A stretch of 64,000 bases of DNA from an uncultured Alphaproteobacteria bacterium (GTDB lineage Bacteria > Pseudomonadota > Alphaproteobacteria > HIMB59 > GCA-002718135). Below are positions 45,807 through 56,562 of this stretch, piece by piece. The stretch lies in NCBI GenBank assembly GCA_902620425.1, contig CACNHX010000001.1:93471-157470 (forward strand), written 5' to 3'. Below the pieces are notes generated by a model, which was given only the letters and a program-made list of their open reading frames with translations, searched no databases and was not told the DNA's origin. Within the stretch, counting starts at the first letter, position 1. Each line of letters starts with the position of its first letter. Made by a program: the position numbers and the translations under genes.

Positions 45807-46637
45807 TTATTCTCCTAGTAGAGAATCATCCAAAACTCTAGTTTCATATGCTGAGTAAGAGTGCCAGCCATGTACTGTTTGATCAAAATCAATTACACTA
45901 CCTGTCATTAATCCAGATTCTTCTGAGCACATAAAAGCTAATCCCTTTGCTACATCGATAGGCTTAATCAATCTGTTAAAAGGAACTTTTTTTTCTTCAT
46001 CTTGCAACCAATTAGGATTTTTTTTATGAACTCTTGTTTGAATATCATGTTCAGCAGGAGTGTCTGTCCATCCAATATTTAAGGCATTTACTCTTATTTG
46101 ATAACTAGCGACAGAATTTGCAATATTTTTTGTCATTGTAGCTAAAGCAGCTTTTGAACCACTATAAGCAACAATAAATGGCATACCACTATACATTGCC
46201 ATAGATAATACATTTGCAATTGTTCCTTTGTTCTTATCTCTAATCATTATTTTAATTGTCTCTTGCATTAATATGAAAGGTGCACGGGTATTAATATTAT
46301 AATTATTTTCATAATTTTCTAGAGTAGCACTTAGAATTGTTCCTCTTTCTGTGTATCCTGCAACATTAATTAAAGAATTTATTGTTCCAAATTTTTTATC
46401 AGTCTCTAAAATAATTTTTTTGCAATCATCAACATTTTTAAGGTCTGCTTTTATATACAAACACTCAGTGCCTAATTTTTCAATCTGATTTTTAACTTCT
46501 AGACCTTTATTTTCTTGTCTCCCACAAATTGTAATTGCTTTAGCACCTCTGCTAGCTAATAATCTCGCTGTTTCAGCACCACTACCTTGTGTACTACCTG
46601 TAACTATAATGACCTTATCTTTAAATTGTTCATTCAT
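45807..46637 (-). CDS. Short-chain dehydrogenase/reductase (SDR)
   Basis: 276 aa. TGSTQGSGAETA and catalytic YSGSKAA. Confidence 0.85.
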   Translation of the reverse strand: MNEQFKDKVIIVTGSTQGSGAETARLLASRGAKAITICGRQENKGLEVKNQIEKLGTECLYIKADLKNVDDCKKIILETDKKFGTINSLINVAGYTERGTILSATLENYENNYNINTRAPFILMQETIKIMIRDKNKGTIANVLSMAMYSGMPFIVAYSGSKAALATMTKNIANSVASYQIRVNALNIGWTDTPAEHDIQTRVHKKNPNWLQDEEKKVPFNRLIKPIDVAKGLAFMCSEESGLMTGSVIDFDQTVHGWHSYSAYETRVLDDSLLGE

Positions 46638-46652
46638 AGAATTTATCTATAA

Positions 46653-47654
46653 CTAAAATTTTGGTTTTACAACTTTATTTAATTTTGCTGATTTAGTAGC
46701 TGAATTAGCAAGAATTAAAGCATTCTTTCCATCCTCAAAAGTGACTGATATATTTTTTTTATTTTTTATTGATTTAATAAATTGATCTAATTGTATTTGA
46801 TAAGCATCTTTGTATCTTTCAATAAAAAAATTTTTAATAGGTTTTTTTGCAAATGATAAATTTTGATTATAGTAATTGATATCATTATTTGGAACATTAT
46901 CAGAAATTAACATTCCATTACTTCCAAATACTTCGAGTCTTTGATCATAACCATAGACAGCTCTTCTTGAATTATTTATATGAACTAAAACACCTTTTTT
47001 TGATTTCATAAAACACATAGTTGTGTCATAATCATTGGTAACCTTAAAATCATTTGAGACATTTACAGAACCTTGTGCAAAAACTTCTACAATTGGATCA
47101 TTATTAAGAATAAATCGTGCCAAATCAAAATCATGAATTGAACAATCTCTAAAAATTCCACCCGATTGTTTTAAATAATCAATACCAGGTGGAGAAGGAT
47201 CTCTACTTGTGATTACAATCATTTCAATTTTACCAATCTTTCCTGATAGAACCTCACTTTGTACTTTATTATGATTAGGATCAAATCTACGATTAAAACC
47301 AATTTGTATAGTTGGTTTATATTTTTTAATTTTTTGCCAACATTTATTTACTTTATTTATATCTAAATCAATTGGCTTTTCACATAATATAGCTTTATTA
47401 CATTCTGCTCCTAGAGAAATATAATCTGTATGAGTCGGTGTGGCAGAAGCAATTAAAATAGCATTTATTTGATCTGAAGAAATTGCTTCTTTTGCAGTCT
47501 TTGCAATTTCACAACTATATTTTTTTGCAATTTTTTTAGCAGAGCTTGTATCAATGTCATAAACATATTTGAGGCTCGCTTCTGGATGATCATTTATGAT
47601 TGACGCATGTAATTTCCCAATTCTTCCTGTTCCTAATAAGGTAAAATTAATCAT
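46653..47654 (-). CDS. Gfo/Idh/MocA oxidoreductase (inositol 2-dehydrogenase-like)
   Basis: 333 aa. LLGTGRIGKLH and CEKPID. Confidence 0.7.
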   Translation of the reverse strand: MINFTLLGTGRIGKLHASIINDHPEASLKYVYDIDTSSAKKIAKKYSCEIAKTAKEAISSDQINAILIASATPTHTDYISLGAECNKAILCEKPIDLDINKVNKCWQKIKKYKPTIQIGFNRRFDPNHNKVQSEVLSGKIGKIEMIVITSRDPSPPGIDYLKQSGGIFRDCSIHDFDLARFILNNDPIVEVFAQGSVNVSNDFKVTNDYDTTMCFMKSKKGVLVHINNSRRAVYGYDQRLEVFGSNGMLISDNVPNNDINYYNQNLSFAKKPIKNFFIERYKDAYQIQLDQFIKSIKNKKNISVTFEDGKNALILANSATKSAKLNKVVKPKF

Positions 47655-47655
47655 T

Positions 47656-48843
47656 TTAGATTTTTATCCACTTTGAATTTAAATTAGAAGATTTTTTTGC
47701 TGCATAAATAAATTTAATACCAGCGACACCATCATCAATTGTTGGAAATGAATATTTTTTATTTTTATTATGAATCTGATCAGCAAATTCTGAATAAATA
47801 TTTGCAAAAGCTTCAAAGAAACCTTCTGGGTGACCAGCAGCAATTCTTGAAGATGAGAGTGAAAATTTAGATACTAATTTACTTGCTCTTGTTATAACTT
47901 TCATTGGTTTATCTAGTTCTGTAAACTTTAGATTATTTGGATCATCCTGTAACCATTCTATTGAACCTTTTGTTCCATACACTCTAATTTTTAGACCATT
48001 TTCTCCACCAGTAGCAGCAGACGATACCCAGATTATACCTCTTGCCTTATTTCGCATTCTTAATAATACAAAAGCATTATCATCAACTGAAATTTCTGAG
48101 GATAATGAATTTACTTCTGCTGATATTTCATTTGCTTCTAATCCAGTCACATATCTCAACAAATGATACGCGTGAGTTCCAATTTCAGATAATATCATTG
48201 AGGGCCCAGATTGTTTTTTATCTAGTCTCCATTTTAAAGTTCTTTTTTCATCTTTCTTTTTTACTCCGACTGTATAACCTTGGGGGTACTCAACATTTAT
48301 TAAATTGATTTTTCCTAATTTATGATTTGAAATAATATTTTTTGCCTCTCGTAGCATTGGATAGCTTGAGTAATTGTGTGTTAATGCAAATACAATTTTA
48401 TTTTTTAAAATTACTTTTTTTAATTTAACAGCATCCTCAACCGTTGCGGTTAAAGGTTTGTCACAAATAATATGTATGCCTTTTTCAATAAATACTTTTG
48501 CTATCTTATAATGATCACCCGATGGAGTCATTATTCCAAGCGCTTGAATACCATCATTTCTTTTTGACTCAGCGGATGCCATAGACTTATAATCACTGTA
48601 ACAACGATCATCAGCTAATCCTAATGAAGAACCAAAAGATTTAGATTTTTTTTTATCTTTTGAAAATATTCCAGCAACAAATTCAAATTTATTATCAAAT
48701 CTTGCTGATAACCTATGAGTGTATCCAATAAATGAATTAGGACCTCCACCAATAAAACCAATTCTAATTTTATTTTTATTATTTAAAGTATCATTTCTAA
48801 GTAAGTCTAATCTACCAAAAGCAATTTTGGATTTTTTTTTCAT
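47656..48843 (-). CDS. Gfo/Idh/MocA-family oxidoreductase
   Basis: 395 aa. IGFIGGGPNSFIG and CDKPLT. The ATG overlaps the upstream stop by 1 nt. Confidence 0.75.
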   Translation of the reverse strand: MKKKSKIAFGRLDLLRNDTLNNKNKIRIGFIGGGPNSFIGYTHRLSARFDNKFEFVAGIFSKDKKKSKSFGSSLGLADDRCYSDYKSMASAESKRNDGIQALGIMTPSGDHYKIAKVFIEKGIHIICDKPLTATVEDAVKLKKVILKNKIVFALTHNYSSYPMLREAKNIISNHKLGKINLINVEYPQGYTVGVKKKDEKRTLKWRLDKKQSGPSMILSEIGTHAYHLLRYVTGLEANEISAEVNSLSSEISVDDNAFVLLRMRNKARGIIWVSSAATGGENGLKIRVYGTKGSIEWLQDDPNNLKFTELDKPMKVITRASKLVSKFSLSSSRIAAGHPEGFFEAFANIYSEFADQIHNKNKKYSFPTIDDGVAGIKFIYAAKKSSNLNSKWIKI

Positions 48844-49613
48844 TAATTAACTATGCCGCCATCAATTACATAATTTTGTGCGGTACAACCAGAACTTTGA
48901 TCAGATGCAAAAAACAAAACTGGCTTTGATATATCTTCAGGCATAAGCATTCTCTTAATACATTGTCTCTCAAGTTGAGTTTTTTTGATTTCTGGAGTAA
49001 GCCATAATTTTTTTTGCCTCTCCGTAATGATCCAACCAGGAACAATACAATTTACTCTAATGTTATAGACACCTAAATCTCTTGCTAAAGTTCTTGTTAA
49101 TCCCATAATAGCAGATTTTGCAGTGGTATATCCAGGCATACCGCCTTGAGAAATCATCCATGAAAAACTACCTATATTTACAACAGAACCTTTACCTAAA
49201 TCTTTCATGTCTTTATAGACAGCTTGGGTTGCAAAAAAATAATGTCTTAAATTAATATTCATTCTATCATCCCAATATTCAGGGGTGACACTATCTAGAT
49301 CATGTCTCTCATCATTTGCTGCATTATTTACCAGAATTGAAATTGGCCCAATTTCTTTTTTTACTTTCTCTAATGAACTTTTAAGTTGTTCTATATTTTT
49401 TAAATCACATTTTACAAATAGACTGTCAATATCATATTTGTTTTTAATTTTTTTTGATAATTCGTTACCTAACTCATCATTTATATCTAAAAATGCAACT
49501 TTTGATTTTTGAGAAGCAAATTGTTCGACAATACTTTCCCCAATTCCTGAGGCACCTCCTGTAATAAGCACTACTCTATCTTTTAGTGAAGGATAAGTTG
49601 CGATTTCGTTCAT
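48843..49613 (-). CDS. Short-chain dehydrogenase/reductase (SDR)
   Basis: 256 aa. ITGGASGIGESI and catalytic YTTAKSA. Confidence 0.85.
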   Translation of the reverse strand: MNEIATYPSLKDRVVLITGGASGIGESIVEQFASQKSKVAFLDINDELGNELSKKIKNKYDIDSLFVKCDLKNIEQLKSSLEKVKKEIGPISILVNNAANDERHDLDSVTPEYWDDRMNINLRHYFFATQAVYKDMKDLGKGSVVNIGSFSWMISQGGMPGYTTAKSAIMGLTRTLARDLGVYNIRVNCIVPGWIITERQKKLWLTPEIKKTQLERQCIKRMLMPEDISKPVLFFASDQSSGCTAQNYVIDGGIVN

Positions 49614-49641
49614 GATTATTTATGATATATTAATCTAAGTT

Positions 49642-51144
49642 ATGTTTAACATAATCAAATTAAATGAAAAAGATAATATTGGAATTGCTCCAATGGATAT
49701 TCCTCAGAATATTAATATAAATTATGGAATTAAATCTATAAATAATATTCCTTATGGCCATAAAATTTCTTTAAAAAAAATTAAAAGTGGTGATTTTATT
49801 TTTAAGTATGGTCAGATAATAGGAATCTCAAATAAAAATATAGAACCTGGTGAACATGTACATTCCCATAATATGGGATATAGTGAATTCAAAAGAGAAT
49901 ATATCCGTAAAGATATTAGAAATGATATTAATAAAAGTGAAAAAACAGAATACTTTAAGGGTTTCAAAAGAAATAATGGATCATCAGGTACTAGGAATTA
50001 TATAGGTTTAATTAGTACAGTTAATTGTTCGGCAACAGTTGTTAAAAAAATATCTGATAAAATAAATAATTATTTAAAAGATAATAATTTTGATAACATT
50101 GATGGGGCAGTTTGTTTAAAACATTCATCAGGTTGTGGGATGAATACTTCTGGATATGCCATGAATGTATTTAACAGAACTATTGAAGGTTTTAAAATTC
50201 ATCCTAATTTTGGAAAAGTTTTTGTTATTGGACTTGGATGCGAATGTGCCCAAATAAGTTTGTACAACAATGATCAGGAAAAAAGAAATATTGAATATTT
50301 GAATATTCAAGACGAAGGTGGAACAAATGAAATAATAACGAAAGTAACTTCAAACATTTTTAATCAACTAAATGAAATCAATAGTATTTCTAGGACAAAT
50401 ATTCCTGTTTCAGAACTAACAGTTGCTTTGCAATGTGGTGGTTCAGATTCGTATTCTGGGATAACTGCAAATCCTGCACTAGGCTTTGCTTCAGATATGA
50501 TTATTGATCATGGCGGAACAACATTACTATCAGAGACTCCAGAAATATATGGAGCCGAACATTTATTATTTGAAAAATCATTAAACGAAAAAAATATAGA
50601 AAAACTAAATAAACAAATTGAATGGTGGAAAAAATATGTTGCTAGCAACGATAGCACATTAGATAATAATCCAAGTCCTGGTAATAAAAAAGGAGGTTTA
50701 ACTACAATTCTGGAAAAGTCATTAGGTGCAGTATCCAAAGCTGGAAATAGAAATATGGTTGATGTTCTCGATTATGCTGAACAGGTAAAAACCAAAGGTT
50801 TTAACTTTATGAATTCTCCAGGTTATGATCCTGTATCTGTAACTGGTCAAGTTGCTTCTGGCGCTAATGTTATTTGTTTTACTACTGGTCGAGGTTCGTG
50901 CTTTGGATTTAAACCCACTCCGAGTATTAAAATAGCAACAAATACAAATATGTATAATAAACTTAGTGAAGATATGGACATCAATGCTGGTACTATTATG
51001 GATAATGTTGCAAGCGTTAATGAAGTTGGCAAAGAAATATTTGATAAAATAATTTCAGTTGCATCGGGTGAAAAATCAAAGAGTGAAATAAATGATTATG
51101 GTGACGATGAATTTAATCCTTGGATAATTGGAGCAACGCTATAA
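49642..51144 (+). CDS. UxaA/GarD-family sugar-acid dehydratase (altronate/galactarate dehydratase-like)
   Basis: 500 aa. N-terminal SAF-like segment, GLGCECAQ, and LQCGGSDSYSGITANP. Confidence 0.75.
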   Translation: MFNIIKLNEKDNIGIAPMDIPQNININYGIKSINNIPYGHKISLKKIKSGDFIFKYGQIIGISNKNIEPGEHVHSHNMGYSEFKREYIRKDIRNDINKSEKTEYFKGFKRNNGSSGTRNYIGLISTVNCSATVVKKISDKINNYLKDNNFDNIDGAVCLKHSSGCGMNTSGYAMNVFNRTIEGFKIHPNFGKVFVIGLGCECAQISLYNNDQEKRNIEYLNIQDEGGTNEIITKVTSNIFNQLNEINSISRTNIPVSELTVALQCGGSDSYSGITANPALGFASDMIIDHGGTTLLSETPEIYGAEHLLFEKSLNEKNIEKLNKQIEWWKKYVASNDSTLDNNPSPGNKKGGLTTILEKSLGAVSKAGNRNMVDVLDYAEQVKTKGFNFMNSPGYDPVSVTGQVASGANVICFTTGRGSCFGFKPTPSIKIATNTNMYNKLSEDMDINAGTIMDNVASVNEVGKEIFDKIISVASGEKSKSEINDYGDDEFNPWIIGATL

Positions 51145-51146
51145 AT

Positions 51147-52295
51147 TTATAAATCACCTTTAAAGGCGTTTATATACATTTTTAAAAAATCTTCTGCGTT
51201 AACTGGTATAGGATTTGTACTTGTTGATGGATCATTAAAAGCCATTAAACTCATTTTTTCTAAATTTTTGTCATCATCAATTATTTCACTTAAAGTATGA
51301 GGAATATTTAAATTAGATCTAAGCTCTAAAATCCAATCCATAAAATTATTAAATGTTGCTGATTTTAAATTTATATATCTTGAAATATCAATAATTTTTT
51401 CTTCAATTCCTTTTTTATTATATTGTAAAACATATGGCATAAATACTGCATTGGTTAATCCATGATGTGTATTATAAATTGCACCAACAGGATGACTTAA
51501 AGAATGGATAGCACCTAAACCCTTTTGAAAAGCTATTGAGCCCATAGATGAAGATGCTAGCATATGCGATCTAGCTTCTAGATTTGATCCATCATTAAAA
51601 GCAAGAACAAGATTATTTTTTACTAATCTAATGCCCTCTAATGCAATACCTTGAGAATAAGGATGAAAAATATTCGACAAATATGCTTCTAAGCAATGAG
51701 CTAGTGCATCCATTCCTGTAAAGGCTGTCAAATTTGCAGGAAGTGGAATTGTCAAATTTGGATCAAGAATAACAATTGATGGAAGCATTTTTGGATGGAA
51801 AATTATTTTTTTTTCTTGTGTTTTTTCATTTGTAAAAACTGAAGCTCTTCCAGTTTCAGAACCTGTTCCAGCTGTAGTAGGTAGAGCAATTATAGGAAAA
51901 ATTGAATCTGCATTAGCTCTAGTCCACCAGTCACCAATATCTTCAAAATCCCAGATTGGTCTTTCTTGCTTGGCCATGAATGCAATTGCCTTTCCTGTAT
52001 CCATACCCGATCCTCCACCAACAGCTATTACTCCATCATGTTTATTTTCATTAAATGCTTTAACACCATCTTCAACATTCTTACCTGTAGGATTTGATTT
52101 AACATCACTATAAACAATTGCCTGTTTATCTAAACAATCATTTAACTTATTAATAATGTTTGTTTTTAAAATTCCATTATCAGTAACAATTAATGGTTTT
52201 TGAATATTTAATTCTTCACAGGCTTTTTGTATTTCTTTTATTCTATCAACACCAAACCAGATTGTAGTAGGATAATTCCAATTAATATTTTCCAT
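51147..52295 (-). CDS. Iron-containing (group III) alcohol dehydrogenase
   Basis: 382 aa. VGGGSGMDTGKAIA and a His cluster (HCLEAY..., HSLSHP). Confidence 0.85.
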   Translation of the reverse strand: MENINWNYPTTIWFGVDRIKEIQKACEELNIQKPLIVTDNGILKTNIINKLNDCLDKQAIVYSDVKSNPTGKNVEDGVKAFNENKHDGVIAVGGGSGMDTGKAIAFMAKQERPIWDFEDIGDWWTRANADSIFPIIALPTTAGTGSETGRASVFTNEKTQEKKIIFHPKMLPSIVILDPNLTIPLPANLTAFTGMDALAHCLEAYLSNIFHPYSQGIALEGIRLVKNNLVLAFNDGSNLEARSHMLASSSMGSIAFQKGLGAIHSLSHPVGAIYNTHHGLTNAVFMPYVLQYNKKGIEEKIIDISRYINLKSATFNNFMDWILELRSNLNIPHTLSEIIDDDKNLEKMSLMAFNDPSTSTNPIPVNAEDFLKMYINAFKGDL

Positions 52296-52299
52296 AATC

Positions 52300-53676
52300 T
52301 TAAATATTTCTTATATGATAGCTTTTTGCTCTTGTTAAATGATCAAATCCTAGAACAGATAAAGTAACGCCAATTCCAGTATCTTTTACACCGGTCCATG
52401 CTAAGCCAGGATCTAAGTAATCACATCTATTCATAAAAAAAGTTCCTGTCTCAACATTTTTTCCAAAATTTTCTGCAAAAGACTTATCATTTGTCCAAAT
52501 ACTTGCTGTTAACCCATAAGAACTATCATTCATTAGAGATAAAGCTTCATTTTCATTTTCTACTTTCATTATTCCAACTGAAGGACCGAATATTTCTTCC
52601 ATCATATATTTCATCGAATGATCGACATTAATGAGTGCACTTGGGCTTACATAACAATTATTACCATCATCTAAATTAAATTTTTTGTTATCTATAATAT
52701 TCTTTCCACCTTGACTAATTGCGTTGTTAACTTCAGATCTAATATAATTTGCAGCAGATTGCTTCACTACTGGACCTAAATTTGTCTCCATCTCTAGTGG
52801 ATTTCCTAAAATATATTTCTCAGTTACATCTTTAAATTTTTCTACAAATGTATTGTATATTTTTTTATCAACATAAATTCTTTCGATACCACAACAAGAT
52901 TGACCAGAATTGAAGTATGATCCATCAACTAAATTTTCAACAGCATGATCTAAGTCACAATCAGCTCTAACATAAGCTGGATCTTTTCCACCTAACTCTA
53001 GACCGGCTCCAATAAATCTAGTGCCTATAGATTTTTTTATTTTTTTTCCGCCACTTACAGAACCTGTAAATAAAACATGATTAATTCTTGAATCTGAAAT
53101 TATTCTTGATGTTTGATCATGATCTAAATGTAAATACTGAAAAATATTTTTTGGTAATGAAGATTGTTTAGCTGCCTCATATAATTCTTCAGCACAAAGT
53201 GGAGTTTGAGAAGAATGTTTTAATATAACTGCATTACCTGCAAGTAAACTTGGTACAATTGAATTAACAGAAGTGTTGAAAGGGTAATTCCATGGTGCAA
53301 TTACAAATATAGTCCCTAGTGGTTCTTTGTTTATATAATTATCAAATTCATCATTTTTAATTGAAACAACTCTAGATAATGCTCTATCAGCATTTTCAAT
53401 CATATAACGAGCTCTTTCTTCAAAACCTCGCATCTCTCCTGGGCACTGTGCTATAGGTCTACCTATTTGCTTACATAAATTACTAGAAACATCTTTATTC
53501 TTTAAAAAAATTTCTACAAAATTTAAAACTGACTTTTTTCTCTCTTCTAGAGATATATTTTTCCAATGTTGTCTTACAGAATAGGAATTACTGAGACTTG
53601 TTTCAATATCTTCTTCTGTTGCATATTCTCTTTTAAGTAAGACGGAGTTGTCTATTGGAGTAATAGTCTCAAACAT
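52300..53676 (-). CDS. Aldehyde dehydrogenase family protein
   Basis: 458 aa. LELGGKDP, catalytic Cys in GQSCCGIERIY, and EEIFGPS. Confidence 0.85.
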   Translation of the reverse strand: MFETITPIDNSVLLKREYATEEDIETSLSNSYSVRQHWKNISLEERKKSVLNFVEIFLKNKDVSSNLCKQIGRPIAQCPGEMRGFEERARYMIENADRALSRVVSIKNDEFDNYINKEPLGTIFVIAPWNYPFNTSVNSIVPSLLAGNAVILKHSSQTPLCAEELYEAAKQSSLPKNIFQYLHLDHDQTSRIISDSRINHVLFTGSVSGGKKIKKSIGTRFIGAGLELGGKDPAYVRADCDLDHAVENLVDGSYFNSGQSCCGIERIYVDKKIYNTFVEKFKDVTEKYILGNPLEMETNLGPVVKQSAANYIRSEVNNAISQGGKNIIDNKKFNLDDGNNCYVSPSALINVDHSMKYMMEEIFGPSVGIMKVENENEALSLMNDSSYGLTASIWTNDKSFAENFGKNVETGTFFMNRCDYLDPGLAWTGVKDTGIGVTLSVLGFDHLTRAKSYHIRNI

Positions 53677-53685
53677 TTAGTAATA

Positions 53686-55044
53686 TTAGCCTCGTTCGAA
53701 GTATCTTCGTAACTGCCAATCATTAACTGAACCATCATAATCTTTTTGTTCCCATTCAGCAGCATGGATATAATGATCTAGTACATCTTGTGGAAATATC
53801 TCTTTTAAAAAATTAGATTTTTTAGCAAGTTGAATTGCTTCGTTAAGTGTTTTAGGAACTTCATTTACTTTTTTCTCATAAATATTCCCTGAATAAGGTT
53901 TATCTAATTTAAGTTTGTTTTTAATACCGTATAAACCAGCACCAACTAAAGCAGCAAAAGAAAGATAAGGATTAACATCAGCTCCTGGGACTCGACATTC
54001 AATTCTTATGGATGATCCATGACCAGCTAGTCTAAACCCAGCAGTACGATTATCAATACCCCAAACAGATTTTGTAGGAGCAAATGATCCATCTTGAAAT
54101 CTTTTATAAGAATTAATATTTGGTGCTAAAAAAATTGATATATCTGGCAATAATTTAATTTGTCCTGCAAGATAACTTTTAAAAATATCAGACATGCCAT
54201 ATTTATCCTTAGGGTTATAAAAAATATTTTTCTTTGTTTTCTTATCGAATAAAGAGTTATGAATATGACATGAACTTCCACAAACATCTTTGTTATATTT
54301 AGCCATAAAGGTGACAGCTTTGTTATGTTTATAAGCAATTTCTTTTGTCGCATTTTTAATTAAAATATGATTGTCAGCCATGTTTAATGCATCAGAAAAA
54401 ACAACATTGATTTCTTCTTGTCCTGGAGCTGCTTCACCCTTTGAACATTCTACATAAATCCCACTATCTAGAAGAGAATTTCTTAATTCCTGCATCACAT
54501 CCTCTTCTTTCGTAGTTTGGAAAATCATATAATCTTCAATATACCAAGAAGACTCTTTAAGTTTTGTATAATTATTATTATGAATTTCTTCATAAGTTTG
54601 ATTAAAAAGAAAAAATTCTAATTCTGAGCCAACCATAGATTGAAATCCCATTTTGTCTGCCTTAGCTAAAACATCTTTTAATATCTGTCTTGTTGAATGA
54701 ATAAGTGGTTTTTTTCCTGAATGGTCTAAACAATCACATATTACTATAGCTGTTTTATTTAACCAATTTGCTACCTTTATCGTTTTGAGATCTGGAATTA
54801 CAGTCATATCACCATAACCCGTTTCCCATGAAGAAGATTTATATCCGGGTACAGTAAACATATCCATATCGACGGTATAAAGATAATCGCACATATGCGT
54901 TTCTTTATAGACATAATCAATAAAAGCTTTTCCAGTAACTCTTTTACCATTTAGTCTACCTTGCATATCTGATACGCAAACTAAAACTGTATCTATTTCT
55001 TTTTTTGTTATTAGTTTTTTTAACTGATTAAATGTAATACTCAT
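53686..55044 (-). CDS. Glutamine-synthetase-family glutamate--amine ligase (PuuA-like)
   Basis: 452 aa. GSELEFFLF, KGEAAPGQEEINV and NSYKRF. Confidence 0.8.
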   Translation of the reverse strand: MSITFNQLKKLITKKEIDTVLVCVSDMQGRLNGKRVTGKAFIDYVYKETHMCDYLYTVDMDMFTVPGYKSSSWETGYGDMTVIPDLKTIKVANWLNKTAIVICDCLDHSGKKPLIHSTRQILKDVLAKADKMGFQSMVGSELEFFLFNQTYEEIHNNNYTKLKESSWYIEDYMIFQTTKEEDVMQELRNSLLDSGIYVECSKGEAAPGQEEINVVFSDALNMADNHILIKNATKEIAYKHNKAVTFMAKYNKDVCGSSCHIHNSLFDKKTKKNIFYNPKDKYGMSDIFKSYLAGQIKLLPDISIFLAPNINSYKRFQDGSFAPTKSVWGIDNRTAGFRLAGHGSSIRIECRVPGADVNPYLSFAALVGAGLYGIKNKLKLDKPYSGNIYEKKVNEVPKTLNEAIQLAKKSNFLKEIFPQDVLDHYIHAAEWEQKDYDGSVNDWQLRRYFERG

Positions 55045-55128
55045 GTTTCTTAAAATTAAATTTGTATCATTTTCATATCCTAAATGATAAAGAATGAAAC
55101 AAAAATAATTGATTAAAAAACGCAGAAA

Positions 55129-56562
55129 ATGGAAAAATATAAGAATTTTATAAATAATAAATGGATTGAAAGTGAGTCCAAAGAAACAATAAAGGTTGAT
55201 GATCCTTCAAATGGTAAAATCATTGGCGAAATTTCATGTGCAAAAAAAAATGAAGTTGATCTTGCGGTTGAAGCAGCTAAAAATTCTTATAACAGCAGAG
55301 TACTTGTTGATATGCCTTTACTTTCAAGAGCGAAACTAATGAGAAAAATTGCAGAAGAGACAAGAAAGGTTTCAAAAGAAGGTGGTGAGCTTCTTTGTTA
55401 TGAAAATGGAAAAAATATTGCTTCAGCAATTAAAGAATTCAATGATGTAGCAGATATGTTTGATTATTATGCAGGCTTAACAGATAAACTTGAAGGTAAA
55501 ACAATACCTGTTGCAAAAAATGTTTTTGATTACACAGTTTTAGAACCATTTGGTGTATCAGCACATGTTGTGCCATGGAATTTTCCATTATCAATGATTG
55601 GAAGATCACTGTCATGTTCTTTTGCTACAGGAAATTCAACAATTATTAAAACTGCAGAATTAACCCCCTTGTCAGCAACAGTTTTTGCTAAAGCAATACA
55701 AAATGCTGGAGTACCTGAAGGATTAATAAACATAATTTGTGGATATGGGAATGAGGCAGGATCTTATCTTGTATCTCATGAAGATGTAAATCACGTAGTA
55801 TTTACAGGTTCAGTCGCAACTGGAAAAAAGATACTTCATGCTTGTGCTGACAAAGCTATACCTGCTGTAGTTGAATTAGGTGGTAAGTCAGCTGGTATAG
55901 TGTACCCTGACGCAGATCTAAATGAAGTTTTAGAGAGTGCACGTTCAGGAATATTTAGTGTTGCAGGACAAATTTGTACAGCGATGTCTAGATTGGTAGT
56001 TCATAAATCAATCAAAGATGAATTAGTTGATAAGCTTGTTGATATGAGTAAAACTTTAAAAATTGGACCTGGTATAGAAAAAGATACAGACCTAACTCCG
56101 GTTATATCTGAAAATCAGCTTCAAAAAGTTGAAGGTTATGCAAGATCAGGAATCCAAGAAGGAGCAGAAGCAGCGTATGGTGGAAAAAGATTAGAACGTG
56201 AAGGATATTTTATGGAACCAACAGTTCTAAACAATGTTAAACAAAGTATGACTGTAGCCAGAGAAGAAATTTTTGGTCCAGTACTATCAGTTCTTGAATA
56301 TGAAGATCAAGAAGAGGCAATTGATATTGCTAATGATACTGAGTATGGTTTAGGTGCTGGAGTGTTTACAAAAGATCTTAAAAAAGCATCTTGGACTGCA
56401 AGCAAATTAGAAGCTGGTCAAGTATATGTAAATAAATGGTTTACTGGAAATCATGCAACTCCTTTTGGAGGTTATAAACAATCAGGATATAGCCGTGAAA
56501 AAGGAGTAGATGGACTTAAATCTTATCTTCAAGTCAAAAATGTTGGAATTAGTTTAGGTTAA
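55129..56562 (+). CDS. NAD(P)-dependent aldehyde dehydrogenase (PuuC-like by context)
   Basis: 477 aa. VELGGKSAG, AGQICTAMSR and EEIFGPV. Confidence 0.9.
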   Translation: MEKYKNFINNKWIESESKETIKVDDPSNGKIIGEISCAKKNEVDLAVEAAKNSYNSRVLVDMPLLSRAKLMRKIAEETRKVSKEGGELLCYENGKNIASAIKEFNDVADMFDYYAGLTDKLEGKTIPVAKNVFDYTVLEPFGVSAHVVPWNFPLSMIGRSLSCSFATGNSTIIKTAELTPLSATVFAKAIQNAGVPEGLINIICGYGNEAGSYLVSHEDVNHVVFTGSVATGKKILHACADKAIPAVVELGGKSAGIVYPDADLNEVLESARSGIFSVAGQICTAMSRLVVHKSIKDELVDKLVDMSKTLKIGPGIEKDTDLTPVISENQLQKVEGYARSGIQEGAEAAYGGKRLEREGYFMEPTVLNNVKQSMTVAREEIFGPVLSVLEYEDQEEAIDIANDTEYGLGAGVFTKDLKKASWTASKLEAGQVYVNKWFTGNHATPFGGYKQSGYSREKGVDGLKSYLQVKNVGISLG

